Positions 39,792 through 49,689 of a stretch of DNA of 64,000 bases are shown in pieces (within the stretch, counting starts at the first letter, position 1; each line of letters starts with the position of its first letter). Position numbers and translations under genes: made by a program. A model generated the notes under the pieces. That model saw only the letters and a program-made list of their open reading frames with translations. It made no database searches and was not told the origin of the DNA. This DNA comes from an uncultured Lachnospiraceae bacterium (lineage in GTDB: Bacteria > Bacillota > Clostridia > Lachnospirales > Lachnospiraceae), in the NCBI GenBank assembly GCA_910579425.1, contig CAJTVL010000016.1:1458-65457 (forward strand), written 5' to 3'.

Positions 39792-42503
39792 ATGGGAATG
39801 GTGCATTATGATTCTGTCTTGCAGAATACAGTTATGGTCGTAGCCCGGGAAATAAGTAAAACTCAAAGGGATGAGGCATATATAATTCAGAATGTCTATG
39901 GGGAAATTTTGATATATGTCAAAACCGAAAATGATAAAGTGATAAAGCAACTGGAAGATTTACTGACAGCAAAAATCGGTAAGTGGCTAAGCGGCTGTGA
40001 GAAATACGGCGAAAATTTTTTTGTTATCTCGGAGATAGATTCCTGGAAAAGAAGTGCGGAGCCTATACAGGAAAGGGTATGGGTTCTTGAGAAATACCTT
40101 ACAAACCTGTATTGGGATGGAAAAAGCAGAAGAACAAGCAGCAAAGAACGAAAAAGCAGGAGGGTCTGTTTTTATTCTTTTAAGGGAGGCGTGGGCCGGA
40201 CAACGGCTGTGGTCTTATCTGCGATTGAACTTGCAAGACAGGGAAAAAAGATTGTGATTGTTGATTTTGATTTGGAAGCCCCTGGTATAGCCAGCCTTTT
40301 TCCAGAGGAAAGCATGTCTCAATATGGCCTGTTGGATTTCCTGCTGGAAAGTAATGTTTATGATTCAGAGATAAAGATTGATGAATATATTTACTCCGTG
40401 GGAGAAGATTGTAATGTCGATAAAGCGGGGGGCGAGATTTATGTTATGCCTGCCTATGGTAAAGTGACGAAAAATAATGCTGATTTATATCGAAAGGGCA
40501 TTATGAGATTTGATTTGGACACACCGGCATATGAGAAAGAAATTACACCTGTAGATAATCTATTGGCTATGCTGGATGGATTTCTTGATCCTGACTATAT
40601 TTTTATAGATACAAGGTCAGGGATTCATCAAATTGGCGGAATGACATTGACGAGATATACAGATTTGGCATTATTGTTTTTTTATGGGAGCCCACAGAAT
40701 ACGGCGGGAATGAAAATGACAATCCCTATCCTGAAAAAAGGTCAAATTCCCTTTGTGATGATCAATTCCAAGGTTCCTGTAAATGAACAACTGGCAGAGC
40801 AGGAAAAGAGAATCTATTTGGAGGGGGCCTATGATGCGTTGAAATTATGTGATAACAGGTATTCAAACGAGGAAATTGCTATGGAGGATGATTCGGCTGA
40901 TCATTATCCGATTGATGTAGAATATAATGTTGCGTTGGAAGTCATTAATAATATTGATCAGTTGTTACGGGTATGGGAGGAACAACGAAGGCCCTATGGA
41001 GCCATTACAAATGCAATTTTGGATACATTATCGGATGAATATGTAGATTTAAGTAATTTAAGTTTTGACGATCCGGAATCACAGCAACAGATTATAGACG
41101 TTTTTTCAGAGATAATGGGAGGGCTGGAAACAGCGGCGGCCGAAGACGAATTTGCGTCAATACGGGATTTGACCGACAATTTTTATCCGCTAAAAGCTTA
41201 TATATTCATTTTTGATCCCAGGAAATTCTTAGTTTTGGGGCAAAAGGGTGTAGGAAAAACAGCATTGTTTAATGCATTAAAAGATAATGATTATGCGAAA
41301 GCGCTGGCGAAGTATCTGGACGTGTCTACGAGCCAATATGAGAATACGGAATGGATCGTTGGGACTTCGCAGACAACAAACTATGTAGATATTTTTTCCT
41401 GTCTTAAAAATGAAGAACAAAAAATAAGAGCCTTTCTGTATTACATGGCAGTGTCTATTCTAGTTGAGAAGGATGGTAGTTTAATGGAATTAATAGAAGA
41501 GAAACTGTCAGGGCTTTTTGAAAAAGCATTTGAAGTGTCAAGGTGTGTCATGCTTACCCAGGAGACAGCCTATATGCTCAATCGCCTTTTGCAGAAAATT
41601 AATGATAAATATGCATCTCAAAATAAAGTGGTTACCATTATATATGATTCGCTGGATCGTACCGTCGCGCCGAAGGAGAGGCCGGCATTTGTAAGCGCTC
41701 TGATTGATATGTGGTACATGAATGAAAGCACCATGCAGAATATCCGCAGTAAAATATTTTTAAGGAAGGATATATACGATAGAGAGGTGAAGGTATCTGA
41801 TAAGGTTAAGCTGAAAAATTACTCAACCACAATCGGTTGGGAGTATGACCAGCTTTTTGCCATGATTTGGAAGCGTGCGATAAGCAAATCACAGCAAATG
41901 AGAATCCTTTTTGAAAAAATAACCGCAAAAAGCTTTATTGAGCCTGAGGGCTTGGGAGTAATTCCTAATGTTACGGAAACGGAAAACAGAAAATTACTCT
42001 CAGCTTTGATCGGCGTAAAAATGGGAAGTGGGAACAAAGCGTCCACGTATAATTGGTTCGGAAACAGATTGGCGGATACACAAGGGGTGATTGTACCGCG
42101 AAGTATGATTGATATTTTTGCAAAGGCAGCGGCAAAGGAGACCGAATTAAGAAAAGGTAAGACAGGCAGTGTATCCAGAAGCATTTTAAGGCCTCGTTGC
42201 TTTGAAGAGGCTTTACCGGAAGTATCTGAAAAACGGGTAACAGATATGAAAGAGGAGTTCGTTGAATACGCGTCTTTTTTGGAAAATTTAAAAGATACGC
42301 TTCAGCGCTCGCCGGTTGACGAGAAAACATTTTGCGATGCTTTGATGAAAGCCGGATTTGATAACCCAAGAGAGGAAATCAGAAATTTAGTTAATATAGG
42401 AATTGTAAGACAATACCAAAGGAAGCTGTCAGATCCGATCAGGTATCATTTCCCAGATATTTATTTAAGGGGGCTTGGTTTGCAGAGGGCTGGAATGAAA
42501 TAA
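39792..42503 (+). CDS. fusion: ParA/MinD-like ATPase (KGGVGRT variant) plus second P-loop ATPase (Sll1717/FunZ-like)
   Basis: FYSFKGGVGRTT, VDFDLEAPG, IDTRSG; then LVLGQKGVGKT, IIYDSLDR, KIFLRKDI, PRSMI; starts 1 nt after the HEPN stop. Confidence 0.85.
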   Translation: MGMVHYDSVLQNTVMVVAREISKTQRDEAYIIQNVYGEILIYVKTENDKVIKQLEDLLTAKIGKWLSGCEKYGENFFVISEIDSWKRSAEPIQERVWVLEKYLTNLYWDGKSRRTSSKERKSRRVCFYSFKGGVGRTTAVVLSAIELARQGKKIVIVDFDLEAPGIASLFPEESMSQYGLLDFLLESNVYDSEIKIDEYIYSVGEDCNVDKAGGEIYVMPAYGKVTKNNADLYRKGIMRFDLDTPAYEKEITPVDNLLAMLDGFLDPDYIFIDTRSGIHQIGGMTLTRYTDLALLFFYGSPQNTAGMKMTIPILKKGQIPFVMINSKVPVNEQLAEQEKRIYLEGAYDALKLCDNRYSNEEIAMEDDSADHYPIDVEYNVALEVINNIDQLLRVWEEQRRPYGAITNAILDTLSDEYVDLSNLSFDDPESQQQIIDVFSEIMGGLETAAAEDEFASIRDLTDNFYPLKAYIFIFDPRKFLVLGQKGVGKTALFNALKDNDYAKALAKYLDVSTSQYENTEWIVGTSQTTNYVDIFSCLKNEEQKIRAFLYYMAVSILVEKDGSLMELIEEKLSGLFEKAFEVSRCVMLTQETAYMLNRLLQKINDKYASQNKVVTIIYDSLDRTVAPKERPAFVSALIDMWYMNESTMQNIRSKIFLRKDIYDREVKVSDKVKLKNYSTTIGWEYDQLFAMIWKRAISKSQQMRILFEKITAKSFIEPEGLGVIPNVTETENRKLLSALIGVKMGSGNKASTYNWFGNRLADTQGVIVPRSMIDIFAKAAAKETELRKGKTGSVSRSILRPRCFEEALPEVSEKRVTDMKEEFVEYASFLENLKDTLQRSPVDEKTFCDALMKAGFDNPREEIRNLVNIGIVRQYQRKLSDPIRYHFPDIYLRGLGLQRAGMK

Positions 42504-42554
42504 AACCGCTTATCAATTGAGCGCTTATGCAGGCAGGAGGAGCAAAAAGCCCTC

Positions 42555-44132
42555 CTACCGTTCCCCCATATCCTGCGACGGCGTCCTGCCCGTCTTTTGC
42601 TTATAGATCCGCAGGAAATAATTATAATTGCGAAAGCCTGTCTGCTCGGCAATGGATTTCAGGTCTGCATCCGTATTGCGGATCAGCTCCCTGGCGCGCT
42701 CAATCCGGTAGCGGTTCAGGTAATCCACAAAGGAGATTTCCAGCTCTTCCTTAAAAAGCCTTGATAAATGGGTGGGGGAGAGATGGAGCAGTCCGGCCGC
42801 AGAGCTTAAGGAAATATCCTGGGGATAATTTTCATGGATAAACAACAGGGCCTTCTGGATATGGGGAGAATATTTCCGGCTTCCATATCCGGGGGCCTGT
42901 GCCATGATTTCTTTGAAATAATTGACGAGAAACTGATCGATGTCCCTGGGAGGAAGGGCTGCCAGTTTCGCCTTTGCATAATCGGGGTTGGCGTTCCAGG
43001 ATACCTCCATCTGCTGATGCTGCTGGAAGCGCATCCCGATTTGAAGAAGCTGCCGTATCATGTTTTGGGGGATTTTTCCGCCGTCGCCTTTATACTTTTT
43101 GAATATTTCTTTTAGCTGTGTTTCTACCTGGCCGAAATCCAGGGCGGTCAGGGAGTTCATCAGGGATTTTTCCTCCTGCATATCCAATTCACCGTTTGAT
43201 TCGTCTTTTTTGTATTCCGGAGCCTGCCCTGCCGGGAGGCCGGAAAAAGAGCGCTGTTCCAGCCGGGATGAGGTCTGTCTGCAGATCCGTCCAAGGGAGG
43301 AAATGTCGGTAAAAATGTCGCTGAGCTCGTAGATGGCGGACACTCCCAAAAGCTTACGGATATTTGTTATGATCAGCCGGACGGCCTGTATGGCATGTTC
43401 TAAGAGCTGCCTTGTGCTGGCCTGTTTGTCATAAGAAAACAGGAGGACAAACTGCCCGTAGCCCACATGGGTAATCAGGCCGCCCTGAAGGGCGTTTAAA
43501 ATGTTGCCGGAGATGGTCAGAATGGAGTCGATCATCTTCTGACGTTCCACCTGGGGGGAGAAATGGGTGATCAGAATAAAATTATTCACCTGTACCACGG
43601 CAAGAGCGTGGCTGACAGAGGAGGAAAAATCCCTCTGGGACGTCATATAAGCCTGTTCTTTGGGGCTGACGGGCCTTGAATGAATCAGGCTGCTTAAATA
43701 GTTCTGCTTTGCCACGGCAGTGAAGTAGGACATGCGCAGGCTGGAATCGTCCTCCTTTTTTATGAGCTGGGACATTTCCTTTAACTTGGACAAAAGGGTG
43801 GGGGCGTCAAGCTGATGCTTTAACAGATAATCGTAAGCGCCGTAGTGAAGGGCGCTGCGCACAAAGGAAAAGGTGTCATAGTTACTCAGGATCAGCACCT
43901 TCACAGGGATTTTCCGCTGCTGGATTTCTCTGGTCACATCCACACCGTTTTTATCGGGCATATCAATATCCAGGATCAGAATATCAGGCTTTAATTCTTC
44001 CAGCAGGGTAAGGGCCTGGCACCCGCCCATAGCCTGTCCTGCAATTTCGTAGCCATTCGCGTTCCAGTCGATTAAACCGCAGATTCGGTTCAGGGATAAT
44101 ATATCGTCGTCAGCCAAAAGAATTTGTATCAT
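42555..44132 (-). CDS. response regulator with AraC-type output (YesN-like)
   Basis: LLADDD, LDIDMP receiver; C-terminal HLSRLFKEE...GFRNYNYFLRIYKQKTGRTP. Confidence 0.93.
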   Translation of the reverse strand: MIQILLADDDILSLNRICGLIDWNANGYEIAGQAMGGCQALTLLEELKPDILILDIDMPDKNGVDVTREIQQRKIPVKVLILSNYDTFSFVRSALHYGAYDYLLKHQLDAPTLLSKLKEMSQLIKKEDDSSLRMSYFTAVAKQNYLSSLIHSRPVSPKEQAYMTSQRDFSSSVSHALAVVQVNNFILITHFSPQVERQKMIDSILTISGNILNALQGGLITHVGYGQFVLLFSYDKQASTRQLLEHAIQAVRLIITNIRKLLGVSAIYELSDIFTDISSLGRICRQTSSRLEQRSFSGLPAGQAPEYKKDESNGELDMQEEKSLMNSLTALDFGQVETQLKEIFKKYKGDGGKIPQNMIRQLLQIGMRFQQHQQMEVSWNANPDYAKAKLAALPPRDIDQFLVNYFKEIMAQAPGYGSRKYSPHIQKALLFIHENYPQDISLSSAAGLLHLSPTHLSRLFKEELEISFVDYLNRYRIERARELIRNTDADLKSIAEQTGFRNYNYFLRIYKQKTGRTPSQDMGER

Positions 44133-45927
44133 GGCAAAGCTCCTCTTTCAGAATAGATTCGTTCTCTTCTCCCGACTCAGTCTCCTCTGCCGGGAAAAAC
44201 AGATGTACCGTGGTGCCCTGGCCGGGGCTGCTCTGTATGGAAAAACCGGCGCGGTCTCCGTATTGGAGCAGGAGCCGCTCCTTGATGTTTTTGATGCCTA
44301 CCCGGAGAAAGGTATTGGAGGATTTTTCCTCCCCTTTCAGGATCAGGGCGGTCTGCTCTTTCGTCATTCCGCTTCCGTTGTCGGAAATATCAATTGTAAG
44401 TATATCCTGGCCGGTATTCTTATGGCGGCGTACCGTGACACAGATAATCCCGTTTTGAAGCTGACCGTTAAAGCCGTGGATGATGGCATTTTCCATAATG
44501 GGCTGGAGAATGAGCTTTAAAATCCGGCAGCAGGCAGCGTCTTTTTCCACATCAAAAGCGATTTCAATATCACAGAGCTGGTTATATTTTTTGATTGCCA
44601 CAAAGGAGCGGAGATATTCCATCTCCTGTGAGATGGTGATAAATTCCTTCTGGTTGGAGATGGAACGCAGCAAGTAGGCGAAGGAGGAAGAGATCTCCTC
44701 AATATTGGCGACGTTCTGGATCTGGGCCAGATAGGTGATGGTATTCAAGGTGTTGTAAATCATATGAGGGTTGATCTGGGCCTGCAGGGAATTAAATTCC
44801 AGAATCCGCTTATTGCGCTCATTTTGCTGGATCTGGCCAAGGAGCCGCCTGATCCGACGGGACATGGAGATTACCCCCTGGGTGAGCTGCCCTGTCTCGT
44901 CGGCGCACCGGACGGGCAGTCTGATTTCTGACCCCGGATCCTCACCGAAGTGCAGCACAGCCCGGTTCAGGGCCTTTATATTTCGGGTAAAGGTATATGT
45001 GAGAAAGAAAATACCGATGACCGCTGCAATAATAATCAGGAAAAATACGAGAATAAACAGGAAAATGACCCGGGAGGACTCTGCGAAAACAGAGTCGGAG
45101 GAAACCAGTGTGACCACCGAAAGGCCGTTCGTCATAACCGGCATCTGAAAAAGCAGGTACTGGGTATTTTCCAGTGTGACAAGGGAGCTGCCATTTTCCA
45201 GGGCCCTGGAAAGTTCCGGCAGGATATGGGAATTTGCCGGAGGCAGGGAGGAATAGACGACCTGGCTGCTATTCTCTAAAATATACAACTGCGTGGTATT
45301 ATCTTCAAAGGGGCCAAGGAGGGTATCCATATCGCTGACAGGCACATCCACCAAGATGGAACCGAGATACTCTCCCTTGCGGTAGAAGCTGCGCCCCAGG
45401 GTGATCACGGGATTCTCATCCAGCCCCTCCGACATGCGGTTGAAAATGACGGGCTTTCCATTGCCCTGGCGTACGCGCAGGAGGATAGGATCAGAGGATT
45501 TGAGCATACTGTTGTAATTTGCGCCGGAATGATAGAGATTGTCGTCATGGCTGGAAACCGTGATCGTATACTTATAGTTTGCATTGGTGGTCAGCAGGGC
45601 CAGAAGGCTGTTCAGCGTTTTATAGCCTGTAAACCAGTCGTAGGAGGGAACCGTGGAGGAATCCGAAAGGATGTCCGTCACATGATAGTCCAGGATCAGG
45701 GAGGTGGCGATGTGATCCATCTCCGAGAAGGTAGTGTCAATCTGGGTCTTGGCATAGCTGATTTTTTCCGTGATATAATCCTGTTCCTTGCTTTTGAGTA
45801 CGCGGTGCAGGCCGTTCACAAAAAGCGGTATGGTGACGAGCAGGGGGATAATCAAAAGCAGCAAAAAAGTAACCAGGAATTTGGCGGTGACAGAACGGTT
45901 GATTTTAGACAAAAGTGCAGCGATCAT
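44110..45927 (-). CDS. sensor histidine kinase (YesM-like)
   Basis: Two TMs, HAMP, LQAQINPHMIYNTLN, LQPIMENAIIHG, DNGSG. Confidence 0.93.
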   Translation of the reverse strand: MIAALLSKINRSVTAKFLVTFLLLLIIPLLVTIPLFVNGLHRVLKSKEQDYITEKISYAKTQIDTTFSEMDHIATSLILDYHVTDILSDSSTVPSYDWFTGYKTLNSLLALLTTNANYKYTITVSSHDDNLYHSGANYNSMLKSSDPILLRVRQGNGKPVIFNRMSEGLDENPVITLGRSFYRKGEYLGSILVDVPVSDMDTLLGPFEDNTTQLYILENSSQVVYSSLPPANSHILPELSRALENGSSLVTLENTQYLLFQMPVMTNGLSVVTLVSSDSVFAESSRVIFLFILVFFLIIIAAVIGIFFLTYTFTRNIKALNRAVLHFGEDPGSEIRLPVRCADETGQLTQGVISMSRRIRRLLGQIQQNERNKRILEFNSLQAQINPHMIYNTLNTITYLAQIQNVANIEEISSSFAYLLRSISNQKEFITISQEMEYLRSFVAIKKYNQLCDIEIAFDVEKDAACCRILKLILQPIMENAIIHGFNGQLQNGIICVTVRRHKNTGQDILTIDISDNGSGMTKEQTALILKGEEKSSNTFLRVGIKNIKERLLLQYGDRAGFSIQSSPGQGTTVHLFFPAEETESGEENESILKEELCHDTNSFG

Positions 45928-46130
45928 GGCTTACATTCCTTTCGCAGAGAGCGGCAGAATATTCTGCCACGGTCTGTACAGTTTGAATAAATGTGATATG
46001 CTGTATCGGAATTCTATTATAAGAGGTGATGCCTTTTGGGGTCAAGCGCCGGGGCAAATAAGATAAAATTGTGAAGCATCATGGTAAAATCCGATAGTTT
46101 ATTCCGGATTTCGGGTTGCTATAATTGGGA

Positions 46131-46218
46131 TAGGTAAAAAACACAGGCTTTTTCAACCGGGAAATTTCTGCTGACGCACAGATTTCCCACCCGGATGAAA
46201 GCGCCGCCAAGAGGCGGC
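46131..46218 (+). repeat. structured intergenic repeat, copy B (5' leader of SBP gene)
   Basis: GGCTT-TTTCAACC-GGGAAATTTCTGCTGACGCACAGATTTCC...GCCGCC-AAGA-GGCGG aligns with 4268-4360. Confidence 0.55.
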
Positions 46219-46232
46219 AGAAGGAGGAAGAT

Positions 46233-47888
46233 ATGAAAAGAAAGAAAGCATTGGCAGTATTGCTGACTCTGGGCATGGCCCTGGGGATGCTCTCAGGCTG
46301 CGGCAGTGAGCCCTCGGCAGATAAGGCAGGCCAGCCGGCGGATGCCGCAGCAGAAAAAGACACGACAGGAGAAACACAGGAGGCAAAGGGCAGCGAAGGC
46401 GACGAAGAAAGCGCCCAGGCAGGGAATGTGAATGCCGAGGGCTTTCCGATTGTGAACGAACAGATCACGCTCAGGGTATTCGGACAGCAGGGCCCGGTAC
46501 AGGCCAAGTGGGATACCATGGGGATGTGGAAAAAGTATCAGGAGATGACCAACATCAATCTGGACTTTACGGACGTGCTTCCGGCGGAGGGCTATGATGA
46601 GAAAAAGAGCCTGATGTGGGCCAGCAACGAGTACCCGGATATTTTCGTGAGGGCACAGCTTAACAATTCGGAAATCGTTAAATACGGCAGCATGGGGATT
46701 CTGGCGCCTTTGGAGGATTTGATCCCGGTATATGCCCCGAATATGCAAAAGCTTATTGACGAGGATCCGGCGATTCTCTCCAGGATTACCGCGCCGGACG
46801 GGCATATCTATGCGCTTCCTGCCGTTTTTACATTGACGGCGGCCAGAGACGATAAATTCTGGATGAACAAATCCTGGCTGGAACAGGTGGGCAAAGAGGT
46901 ACCGGAGACGGTGGACGAGCTGGAAGAAGTGCTGCGTTCCTTTAAGGGCGTTGATTTTAACGGAAACGGAGAAGCAGACGAATATCCCATGGGAATCTCG
47001 GACGCGTCGGCCCTGATCCGCCGTTTTGCCGGAGTATGGGGCTATCAGTATCAGTTCGGCACCTATCTCGAGGTGAAGGACGGGAAGGTGAGCACCTATC
47101 TGACCGACGACGGATTTAAGGAGGAGCTGCAGTGGCTGGCCAAAATGTACGGGGAAGGGTTGATCGACCCGGAAATCTTTACCCAGGAGTACGCGAAGTA
47201 CGCGGCAAAGATGGCCGGACAGCAGATGGGACTGTTTTTCAACCAGGCGGACGATACCTTTGATTCCAGCAGCTTTGTGGGAATTGCTCCTTTTAAGGGA
47301 AAAGCGGACAGACAGTATGTGGAGTCGGCTCCGGCGGCCAGAGACAACGGCGTGTTTGCCATCTGTGCGGACTGTGAAAACAAAGAAGCGGCCATGCGCT
47401 GGATCGATTATTTCTATGGGTATGAAGGCTCTATCCTGATGCGCTACGGCGTGGAGGGAGAAAACATGTACTTTGACGAGGAAGGCAAGCCTCATTACAA
47501 CGACGGCATTCTGGACAGCCCGGAGGGGAGCGGGACGGAGATCGGCAAATACACCATCTGGCCCGGCGGCGGCGCGCCTCAGTGGGTAAACAACGACAAC
47601 TGCGAGGCCATTGCCTCCGAAGCAACCCTAAAGGCCCAGGAAGCGCTGGATCCCTGTCTGCCGGAGCAGATTTATGCGGCTCCCCTGTTAGAGCAGGAGG
47701 TTTCCGACAGGCTTTCCGTGCTCTGGACGGATCTGGAAAGCTACATGAAGGAGACCACGGCGAAGCTGATCCGCGGGGAACTGAACTTTGAGGGCGATTG
47801 GGACACTTATGTGGAGACTATGAATAAAATCGGTCTGGAAGAGTGGGTTTCCATTTATCAGGCGGCTTATGATGTGATAGGAGAATAA
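46233..47888 (+). CDS. carbohydrate ABC transporter solute-binding lipoprotein (LplA-like)
   Basis: Lipobox LSGC; APDGHIYALP; DFNGNGEADEYP. Confidence 0.92.
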   Translation: MKRKKALAVLLTLGMALGMLSGCGSEPSADKAGQPADAAAEKDTTGETQEAKGSEGDEESAQAGNVNAEGFPIVNEQITLRVFGQQGPVQAKWDTMGMWKKYQEMTNINLDFTDVLPAEGYDEKKSLMWASNEYPDIFVRAQLNNSEIVKYGSMGILAPLEDLIPVYAPNMQKLIDEDPAILSRITAPDGHIYALPAVFTLTAARDDKFWMNKSWLEQVGKEVPETVDELEEVLRSFKGVDFNGNGEADEYPMGISDASALIRRFAGVWGYQYQFGTYLEVKDGKVSTYLTDDGFKEELQWLAKMYGEGLIDPEIFTQEYAKYAAKMAGQQMGLFFNQADDTFDSSSFVGIAPFKGKADRQYVESAPAARDNGVFAICADCENKEAAMRWIDYFYGYEGSILMRYGVEGENMYFDEEGKPHYNDGILDSPEGSGTEIGKYTIWPGGGAPQWVNNDNCEAIASEATLKAQEALDPCLPEQIYAAPLLEQEVSDRLSVLWTDLESYMKETTAKLIRGELNFEGDWDTYVETMNKIGLEEWVSIYQAAYDVIGE

Positions 47889-47891
47889 ACC

Positions 47892-48785
47892 TTGAAGAAA
47901 ATCAAAAGTAAATGGCAGCTTCTTTTCATGTTTGCATTCCCGCTGCTCTGGTATCTAATCTTTTGCTACGTCCCTATGTACGGGCTCCAGCTTGCCTTTC
48001 GGGATTACAACCCCAGGCTTGGCTATTTAAGGAGCCCCCTTGTGGGGCTGAGGTGGTTTCAGCAGTTTTTTTCCTCCTATTATTGGAAGGACGCCGTCTG
48101 GAACACCTTTTCCATCAGTCTGTATTCCATATTGATCGGATTTCCCATCCCCATCCTTTTGGCCATCATCATCAATGAGCTGCAGGGAAAGAGATTTAAA
48201 AAGGTGCTGCAGAATATCACCTATATTCCTCATTTTATTTCCACCGTGGTACTGTGCGGTATGCTGTATCTCTTCCTCTCCCCTCAGTACGGGATTGTCA
48301 ACACCTTTCTCGGAATGTTCGGGATAGAGCCTGTGGGCTTTTTGGAATCCTCCAAATATTTTAAGGGGGTCTATGTGGCGTCGGAGATCTGGCAGGAAAG
48401 CGGGTGGAGCTCCATTATTTATATTGCCGCCCTGGCAGGCATTGATCCTGCCCTGTACGAGGCGGCCAAGATCGACGGAGCAGGGAGAATCAAGCGGATC
48501 TGGCATGTATCCCTGCCGGGGATCGTCCCGACCATCGTAACCCTTCTTATTCTGAAGATCGGGCAGATTATGAGCATCGGATTTGAAAAGGCTTATATCC
48601 TGCAAAATGATTTGAACCTGAAATCCAGCGAGATCATATCAACCCTAATTTATAAGCAGGGAATTCTCCAGGGCAATGTGGGGTACGCCACGGCTCTTGG
48701 ACTGATGAATTCCTGCCTGAACCTGCTTCTGATCGTGCTGGCAAACAAGTTCTGCAAAAAGTTTTTTGAGACAAGTCTCTGGTAA
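47892..48785 (+). CDS. carbohydrate ABC permease (LplB-like)
   Basis: YVPMYGLQLAF; LYEAAKIDGA EAA motif. Confidence 0.93.
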   Translation: MKKIKSKWQLLFMFAFPLLWYLIFCYVPMYGLQLAFRDYNPRLGYLRSPLVGLRWFQQFFSSYYWKDAVWNTFSISLYSILIGFPIPILLAIIINELQGKRFKKVLQNITYIPHFISTVVLCGMLYLFLSPQYGIVNTFLGMFGIEPVGFLESSKYFKGVYVASEIWQESGWSSIIYIAALAGIDPALYEAAKIDGAGRIKRIWHVSLPGIVPTIVTLLILKIGQIMSIGFEKAYILQNDLNLKSSEIISTLIYKQGILQGNVGYATALGLMNSCLNLLLIVLANKFCKKFFETSLW

Positions 48786-48800
48786 AAGAAAGGAGCCGTC

Positions 48801-49685
48801 ATGTGGAAAAAGAAAAGCAAAGGGGATAGGGCCTTTGACATTACACTGGTGGTGATCAGCATTCTGATCATCCTTGTGATCGCTTATCCCCTGTATTTTG
48901 TAGTGATCGCCTCCTTCAGTCAGCCGGAGGCCGTGCTGGGGGGCAAGCTCCGGTTCCTGCCGGTGGGATTTAATCTGGAATCCTATCAGATGGTACTTAC
49001 GGAGCCCAAGGTCTGGACGGGGTATCGGAACACCATTTTATATACGGTGCTGGGAACCTGCATCAACCTGGTGCTGACCACCCTGGCGGCATATCCTCTC
49101 TCGAGGAAGGATATGCCCTTTCGTGGCCTCCTTACCTTTGTGGCCTCCTTTACCATGCTCTTTGGAGGAGGGATGATTCCGGTCTATCTGGTGGTGAGAG
49201 GCCTGAAGCTTACCGACAGTATCTGGGCCATGGTAATCCCCAATGCCCTGGCTACCTACAATATGCTGGTGATGAAAAATTATTTCCAGAGCAGTATTCC
49301 GGAGGAGCTGCAGGAGGCTGCGGCGATCGACGGGTGTGACCATTTCGGGACGCTGATCCGGGTGGTATTGCCCCTTTCCGCGCCGATCATGGCAGTAATC
49401 GTGCTGTTTTATGCGGTAGGACACTGGAACGCATTTTTTAACGCCATCATTTACCTGCGCAATCAGGATTTGTTTCCGTTACAGGTTGTGCTCAGAGACA
49501 TTTTGCTGCAAAATAGTCTTGAGGCCGTGGGCGGTGACCTGACAGGGATGTACGAAAAGGTAATGCGGGGAGAGTCCATGAAGTATGCGCTGATTATTGT
49601 GGCAAGCGCACCGGTGATCATGCTCTATCCCTTCGTACAGAAATATTTTGTGAAAGGAGTTATGGTGGGAGCCATAAAAGGATAA
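48801..49685 (+). CDS. carbohydrate ABC permease (LplC-like)
   Basis: LQEAAAIDG; YPFVQKYFVKG. Confidence 0.93.
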   Translation: MWKKKSKGDRAFDITLVVISILIILVIAYPLYFVVIASFSQPEAVLGGKLRFLPVGFNLESYQMVLTEPKVWTGYRNTILYTVLGTCINLVLTTLAAYPLSRKDMPFRGLLTFVASFTMLFGGGMIPVYLVVRGLKLTDSIWAMVIPNALATYNMLVMKNYFQSSIPEELQEAAAIDGCDHFGTLIRVVLPLSAPIMAVIVLFYAVGHWNAFFNAIIYLRNQDLFPLQVVLRDILLQNSLEAVGGDLTGMYEKVMRGESMKYALIIVASAPVIMLYPFVQKYFVKGVMVGAIKG

Positions 49686-49689
49686 CCAT

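Noticed and set aside
39792..40900. plasmid/chromosome partition ParA
   Set aside because: Walker A is KGGVGRT, the domain is fused to a second ATPase, and no parB/parS is adjacent
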